64,000 nucleotides of DNA, from positions 1 to 64,000 of the IMG/VR virus record IMGVR_UViG_3300005573_000006; one strand, written 5' to 3'. Under the pieces are notes generated by a model. The model ran no database searches and was not told the origin of the DNA. It saw only the letters and a program-made list of their open reading frames with translations. Source of the stretch: a virus. The translations under genes were made by a program, and so were the position numbers. Within the stretch, counting starts at the first letter, position 1; each line of letters begins with the position of its first letter. Positions 59,368 through 64,000 of this stretch are shown piece by piece.

Positions 59368-59395
59368 GAAGGATCTTATTAAAGGTCCTTCTTTT
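59368..59395 (+). terminator. intrinsic terminator
   Basis: GAAGGATCTT-ATTA-AAGGTCCTTC-TTTT. Confidence 0.65.
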
Positions 59396-59400
59396 ATTAT

Positions 59401-59589
59401 ATGATCAAAATAAATAAGAAAATCGCACTTTTTGATAAACCAAAAGACATTTTAGAAGTTATTATGATCAAAAGAAAATATAGATTAAAAGAAATAAAAA
59501 AAGAAGGAAATATAATTACAAAAACATATATGAAGGGCCGGAGATATTGGAAAATAAGCTATCCAGATAACTATATTGGTCAAATATGA
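59401..59589 (+). CDS. small basic hypothetical protein
   Basis: ORF track. Confidence 0.5.
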   Translation: MIKINKKIALFDKPKDILEVIMIKRKYRLKEIKKEGNIITKTYMKGRRYWKISYPDNYIGQI

Positions 59590-59692
59590 AGATGATTATA
59601 GAATTAACCGCACTTTTGCGGAGATTTAACCATTATTTGTATATATTATTCCATCAAAAAGACATATAGAAGAAAATAAGAAGGGGGGTATT

Positions 59693-59845
59693 ATGAATAA
59701 AAAGAAGAAGAAAAATAGACAGTATATAGCATGTATTTGGTGCGGAAAAGACATAAATAAGAAATATGCCAAATACTATTCAGATAAATGTAGAAGTGAA
59801 GCGTTGGGACAAAAGTTAGAAGGGAGGTGTTATTATGAGCAATAG
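59693..59845 (+). CDS. small Cys-containing protein
   Basis: AAGGGGGT RBS; CIWCGK...SDKC. Confidence 0.5.
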   Translation: MNKKKKKNRQYIACIWCGKDINKKYAKYYSDKCRSEALGQKLEGRCYYEQ

Positions 59846-60086
59846 AGATAAAAGACCAAAAAGATCAAAATATATTAAGTGCCCGCTTTGCGGGGAGAAG
59901 TTAGACAGTATAATGGAATGGGTAAATACCACGATCGGATATGAAAGAGATTTAAAGACCGGAGATATTCTTCATACAAGAGAAGGAGATTATAGCGATT
60001 TTGAGGCTTATAGTTGCCCGGAATGCGGAGAAGATTTAGATGAAAAAACATGTAAAAAGATAAATAAAATGTTATGGGGTATTTAG
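59835..60086 (+). CDS. Zn-ribbon protein
   Basis: GGAGGTG RBS; CPLCG...CPECG. Confidence 0.7.
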   Translation: MSNRDKRPKRSKYIKCPLCGEKLDSIMEWVNTTIGYERDLKTGDILHTREGDYSDFEAYSCPECGEDLDEKTCKKINKMLWGI

Positions 60087-60100
60087 AAAGGAGGTGAAAT

Positions 60101-60295
60101 ATGAAAAAGCCAAAAGCCGTATTTGTAAAACAAAATAATGGAGGTTCGTATAAGTTAGAAATATATCTTGTGGAGAATGCCACGGATGAACAAAATGCAT
60201 GGGTCGATGCACAAGGAAAAATAGTATATGATTATGAATTAAATGGCGTTAAAGCCGATCTAAAAAAAGACGGATTTAATGTTGTTGTAAAATGA
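60101..60295 (+). CDS. hypothetical protein
   Basis: AAAGGAGGTG RBS. Confidence 0.7.
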   Translation: MKKPKAVFVKQNNGGSYKLEIYLVENATDEQNAWVDAQGKIVYDYELNGVKADLKKDGFNVVVK

Positions 60296-60468
60296 GACAA
60301 TTAACATCCGCACAAAAGAAGTTATTAGACAAAACATTGAAAAATAATCCAGAAATAAGAGAATGTGATGATTTACCAGATGAAGTTTGGGATATGATAG
60401 TAGAGCTTAATGATACCGAGATATTATATGATGAGGTTAATAAATATATCAGACAAAAAGATTTATAA
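60292..60468 (+). CDS. small hypothetical protein (58 aa)
   Basis: MRQLTSAQKKLL...NDTEILYDEVNKYI. Confidence 0.55.
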   Translation: MRQLTSAQKKLLDKTLKNNPEIRECDDLPDEVWDMIVELNDTEILYDEVNKYIRQKDL

Positions 60469-60518
60469 ATGAACTTTGATAACTGAATACATTTTAAGGA
60501 ATATAGGGGCAAAATAAA

Positions 60519-60713
60519 ATGAGCAAAATATATTGTATTGAGCTAAGCAAGGATGAAGAATTAATGGCAGAAGATATGGGGTTAGAAGATTTTATAGAAA
60601 CAGATGAAGATGAAAGAATCTTCTGCCGTAAATGCGGGAAGGATATAACAGATGAAGGATTATCAGAAGATATTTGCCGCAAATGTGGGCTAGAAATGGG
60701 GGTTTATGACTAA
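60519..60713 (+). CDS. acidic Zn-finger protein
   Basis: CRKC..CRKC. Confidence 0.6.
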   Translation: MSKIYCIELSKDEELMAEDMGLEDFIETDEDERIFCRKCGKDITDEGLSEDICRKCGLEMGVYD

Positions 60714-60930
60714 AAAAGACTTTATTAAAATTGCGGAGATTATTAAGAGTATAATTGGACAACTTGGAAGAGTAAATGTTAAGACCGAAGATGGAAATAC
60801 TATTGAAGATATATCCGAGTTTATTATTGATGAGTTTGCTTATGGTTTAGAAGATACAAATGAAAGGTTTGATGAAAATAAGTTCAGAAAATATATCTAT
60901 AAAGATAATAAGTATTACGAAGGTCAATAA
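60706..60930 (+). CDS. small phage protein
   Basis: MTKKDFIKIAEII...N.RFDENKF. Confidence 0.7.
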   Translation: MTKKDFIKIAEIIKSIIGQLGRVNVKTEDGNTIEDISEFIIDEFAYGLEDTNERFDENKFRKYIYKDNKYYEGQ

Positions 60931-61159
60931 TATGGTTTAATAGTTCCTATACTTTAAGATGTATTCAGTAATTAGTGTTTATTATGAAGATATTATTTAT
61001 ATTTTTAGTTATACTATCCGCCATTTTTGTGTGGACATTCTATAATATATTTTGGGTTTCTGATATTCGGAATATATGTTTGCCAAGAATGGAAGATTGT
61101 AGTAAATAAATATGAAAAACCAAAAAAAGACAAATAAACATAAAAACCAGCGAAAAAAA

Positions 61160-61270
61160 ATGACAGAAGAGTTTTATGAGGGCAAAGAAACTTTATGCGG
61201 AAATTGTGGACGAATAGCAACATGGAAGTATGGAGATATTCATAGATGTAATAAATGTATGGGACTATGA
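61160..61270 (+). CDS. 36-aa Zn-ribbon peptide
   Basis: CGNCG...RCNKC; ATGA overlap with the next gene. Confidence 0.5.
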   Translation: MTEEFYEGKETLCGNCGRIATWKYGDIHRCNKCMGL

Positions 61271-61458
61271 CACATAAAAAAGAATGGACAATAAATATAA
61301 TACTAATTATTTTATCATTTATAATAGTTTTTGGGTTTCTCAAATGGCAAATAGAAGAAAATAAGGGATTTTGTTTAAAGATTATGAGCGGATATTTTAT
61401 GTCAACTAATAAAGATTTAGAAGAGTACCAAAAATATATGAAATATTATAATAAATAG
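61267..61458 (+). CDS. small membrane protein
   Basis: Single N-terminal TM helix. Confidence 0.55.
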   Translation: MTHKKEWTINIILIILSFIIVFGFLKWQIEENKGFCLKIMSGYFMSTNKDLEEYQKYMKYYNK

Positions 61459-61472
61459 AAAGGAGGTGAAAT

Positions 61473-61646
61473 ATGAAAAAATATAGTGTTTCTTGGAGTG
61501 AAAAACATACATTGCCGGGTATAGAAGCGAATTCTCCAGAAGAGGCAATAGAAAAAGTCCAAAACGGAGAAATAACGGAAGAGTCCGAGAATGGAGATGT
61601 TATTGAGCTAGTTGATGGGCCCGAGGCCGTAGAAGAAGGTATATAA
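61473..61646 (+). CDS. small acidic protein (57 aa)
   Basis: AAAGGAGGTG RBS; IEANSPEEAIEKV. Confidence 0.65.
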   Translation: MKKYSVSWSEKHTLPGIEANSPEEAIEKVQNGEITEESENGDVIELVDGPEAVEEGI

Positions 61647-61676
61647 TAACACAAGCGGCCATGTGTATTTTTACAA

Positions 61677-61931
61677 ATGAAAACAGTCCGTTTTAAGATA
61701 GCAGATGTATTTGAAGTAGAAGTAGAAAACGATGCAACACAAGACGAAATAGACGCAGCAGTTGATGCGGAACTAAAAAAATTAGCAGAAGCCCCATTTT
61801 TTCTGGAAAATGCAGAAGTTGAGTTTGTAGACGAAGAAGAAAATGAAGAAGAAAATTACGAAGATTTATCAGTCGAAGACCTAGATGAAAATTCCTCAGA
61901 AGAGAATTTAGAAGAAGATACAGAGGAATAA
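61677..61931 (+). CDS. highly acidic early protein
   Basis: 34 of 84 residues are Asp/Glu. Confidence 0.75.
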   Translation: MKTVRFKIADVFEVEVENDATQDEIDAAVDAELKKLAEAPFFLENAEVEFVDEEENEEENYEDLSVEDLDENSSEENLEEDTEE

Positions 61932-61996
61932 ATTACCGTGAGTTGCCATGATATTTGGCCGCATGTCGTGGCAACAATTCGGTTATTTATTATAAT

Positions 61997-62569
61997 ATGA
62001 AAAAGGTTCATAATAAAATAGAAAAAAATATAATGGAAAAAGAATTTGTTTGTAACCGGATGCCTATTTGTGCAGTGGCCGGATATGTAATAGCAAAAAG
62101 AGCCAAATATAATGATAATTTATCAAAATCATTGGGAATGGCATTGGCCACTAAATTAGCAATTTGGAAGAATGCCGGATGGGGATACGGAGTTTCAACG
62201 AATAAACATTATGGAGCCGGAAGAGTAAGTGAACAACAATTATCTAATGAAGATAAATTAAATGCCGGTTTAGTTGATGAAATAGATTTTTGTGGTGAAA
62301 ACTTTTTGGTAAAAGACAATTTAGTAGTGGGAGAACTACATGTAAAAAAAGAATTTAATTGTTCACCAGATAAATTTGATTTTCAAGTCCATAAAATAGA
62401 AAGCGGTGGTGGTAATTTTAAGAAGTTAGTAGAAGCAATCAATGAAAAATTAGATAGTGAAGAGTGGAAAAATTATGATTTAAGCAAGGCGGTATTTGGT
62501 AAATCTTTTATGAGATTTTGGAAACAAATTAGAGATGACTTTCGTAAAACAGAATTTTATCATGAATAA
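61997..62569 (+). CDS. hypothetical protein
   Basis: ORF; start at 61997 or 62033. Confidence 0.65.
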   Translation: MKKVHNKIEKNIMEKEFVCNRMPICAVAGYVIAKRAKYNDNLSKSLGMALATKLAIWKNAGWGYGVSTNKHYGAGRVSEQQLSNEDKLNAGLVDEIDFCGENFLVKDNLVVGELHVKKEFNCSPDKFDFQVHKIESGGGNFKKLVEAINEKLDSEEWKNYDLSKAVFGKSFMRFWKQIRDDFRKTEFYHE

Positions 62570-62804
62570 CTTATATGATAAAGACGATATTGAAGAAGTA
62601 ATACTTAATAACTATATAATGCTTTTAACCAGAGCGTTTACATTAAAACCGATCAAAGTAACAAAAACAGATCATAAAAAAAGAAAAAAGTATTACCACG
62701 AATATTATTTAAGAAGAAAAAAAGATCCAGATTTTGTTATGAAAAGAAGAATGAGAACAAGAAGATGGTATAAAAATAATAAAAAACATAAACTAAACAA
62801 TTAA
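62562..62804 (+). CDS. basic hypothetical protein
   Basis: Arg/Lys/Tyr-rich C-terminus. Confidence 0.55.
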   Translation: MNNLYDKDDIEEVILNNYIMLLTRAFTLKPIKVTKTDHKKRKKYYHEYYLRRKKDPDFVMKRRMRTRRWYKNNKKHKLNN

Positions 62805-62833
62805 CCGCTACGGTGAATGTTTATATATTTATT

Positions 62834-63145
62834 ATGAGCAAAATAAAAAAAAGAGCCTTGCTAATAAAAGAATTAAAAGAAAGGCATATTGATCTTGAAT
62901 TTTGGTGGAGATTTATAAATGAAATAAACGAAGCAATGAATTTTTGTGATTTAAGGCCAATGTTAATGAATACAGAAGGAGGACCACTGGTTTTATATGA
63001 TATTGTAAAAATAGGAAAACCAATAATTCTTAAATATACAATGGAAAGAAATTTTGATAGTTTAGAAGACCTGGCAGATTATTTGCTATATCTTGATCAA
63101 CAAGGAAGAATAATCAAAAATAAAATAATATTTAAACGAAACTAA
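62834..63145 (+). CDS. hypothetical protein
   Basis: ORF track. Confidence 0.55.
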   Translation: MSKIKKRALLIKELKERHIDLEFWWRFINEINEAMNFCDLRPMLMNTEGGPLVLYDIVKIGKPIILKYTMERNFDSLEDLADYLLYLDQQGRIIKNKIIFKRN

Positions 63146-63441
63146 TGGACAACAAATATACATACACAATAAGAGGCAAATGTCTATTTTGCAAGTGTCC
63201 AAACACGATGGTAAATATAGACGGATACTGCGAAACTTGTCAAAAAGAAATAGACGAAAAGATGTCCAACGGAGGACTAGATTTTAAGGTTACAGTTCCT
63301 GGTAGTATATTGAAGGTTCATGCAAATAGCCGTAAAGAGGCTATAGATATGGCTATAAAAATATGGGAAGAAGAGATTAAAAAAGCTCAGGAAGACAAAA
63401 CAATTTATGCAATAAAAGATTTAGTAAAAATATTAAAATGA
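63145..63441 (+). CDS. Zn-finger hypothetical protein
   Basis: CLFC...CETC; VHANSRKEAI. Confidence 0.6.
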   Translation: MDNKYTYTIRGKCLFCKCPNTMVNIDGYCETCQKEIDEKMSNGGLDFKVTVPGSILKVHANSRKEAIDMAIKIWEEEIKKAQEDKTIYAIKDLVKILK

Positions 63442-63510
63442 AAAAATATCGCAAGATAACGGTTTATTTTAAGTCTAGACAAAATCCGAAAATAAAATAT
63501 AAGGTTGAAA

Positions 63511-63534
63511 GGTTCCGTAACGGAGCCATTTTTT
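63511..63534 (+). terminator. intrinsic terminator
   Basis: GGTTCCG-TAA-CGGAGCC-ATTTTTT. Confidence 0.65.
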
Positions 63535-63634
63535 GTTCTTGTCCCGGATTTAAGTTCACACATTATAATGGACAAGTTTGTTTTCATGTAAAAAGAGCAA
63601 AACATTGGAAAAAATAGAAAGGACAAATAATAAT

Positions 63635-63826
63635 ATGGACAAATGGTATATAATTAAAGACGGATCCGAATATGTGGTAAAATATAAAGATAAAAATGAC
63701 GGAAAACTTTACCATATATCTCCGTTTTTTAAATCAAGACTCATGGCTATTATTCATGCATATATTAGTCGTCGGGTTCTTAGGTCGAAAGGACTTGATG
63801 TAAAAATAATAAAATATTGCATATGA
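63635..63826 (+). CDS. hypothetical protein
   Basis: ORF track. Confidence 0.5.
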   Translation: MDKWYIIKDGSEYVVKYKDKNDGKLYHISPFFKSRLMAIIHAYISRRVLRSKGLDVKIIKYCI

Positions 63827-64000
63827 ACTATCCAAAAATAAAAAAGTATATAGAAATTACTTATCCTGAAAAAATAAGAGAACTAATAGATTATTTAGAT
63901 TCTTTAGAATTTGAAAAAGATGTAAAAAAGATATTACAGGATCAGTATAAAGTTAATGAACCATTATCTGAAGAATTCGCCGCGACCTGCTGTATTGACA
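63823..64000 (+). CDS. hypothetical protein, 3'-truncated
   Basis: ATGA overlap; frame open to the window end. Confidence 0.5.
   Translation, partial: MNYPKIKKYIEITYPEKIRELIDYLDSLEFEKDVKKILQDQYKVNEPLSEEFAATCCID

Noticed and set aside
1-64000. Genome-wide stop-codon reassignment
   Set aside because: Conserved genes are full length in code 11, and TAG and TGA end genes at sensible positions (for example 8051, 46640, 4681).
1-64000. tRNA, tmRNA, rRNA or integrase genes
   Set aside because: No T-loop or cloverleaf signature and no recombinase motif noticed by eye. tRNAscan/Aragorn were not run.
1-64000. Firm host assignment (for example Patescibacteria/CPR)
   Set aside because: SD-poor AT-rich genes and gene content are suggestive only; there is no spacer match, host flank or phylogeny to support it.

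Overview
AT-rich dsDNA tailed-phage sequence (Caudoviricetes), probably most of a genome slightly over 64 kb. Podovirus-like morphology is inferred because no tail tube, sheath or tape measure is recognisable and large ejection-type proteins are present. The plus strand at 51.8-64 kb and 0-8.7 kb carries early and replication genes: DnaE-type polymerase, RecA, two PD-(D/E)XK nucleases, a DEDD exonuclease, a putative SSB, a DNA methyltransferase split in two by an HNH endonuclease, a CHAP hydrolase and many small ORFs. The minus strand at 51.7-8.8 kb is the morphogenesis arm: terS, terL, adaptor, portal, scaffold, major capsid, tail and ejection proteins, M23 lysin and holins. Two glycan-modification clusters sit inside this arm (about 11 glycosyltransferase ORFs, 5 methyltransferase domains, a nucleotide-sugar dehydrogenase and a SET protein). 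Best candidates for undescribed biology: (1) a mucin-type O-glycosylation module, with two polypeptide-GalNAc-transferase-like enzymes beside virion proteins carrying about 200 (Ser-Pro-Ser-X) repeats; (2) early mRNAs bracketed by 5' and 3' hairpins with complementary, co-varying kissing loops; (3) an intron- and intein-free split methyltransferase with added junction peptides; (4) several structured ncRNA candidates. All calls come from reading motifs by eye; no searches were run. The host is unknown.
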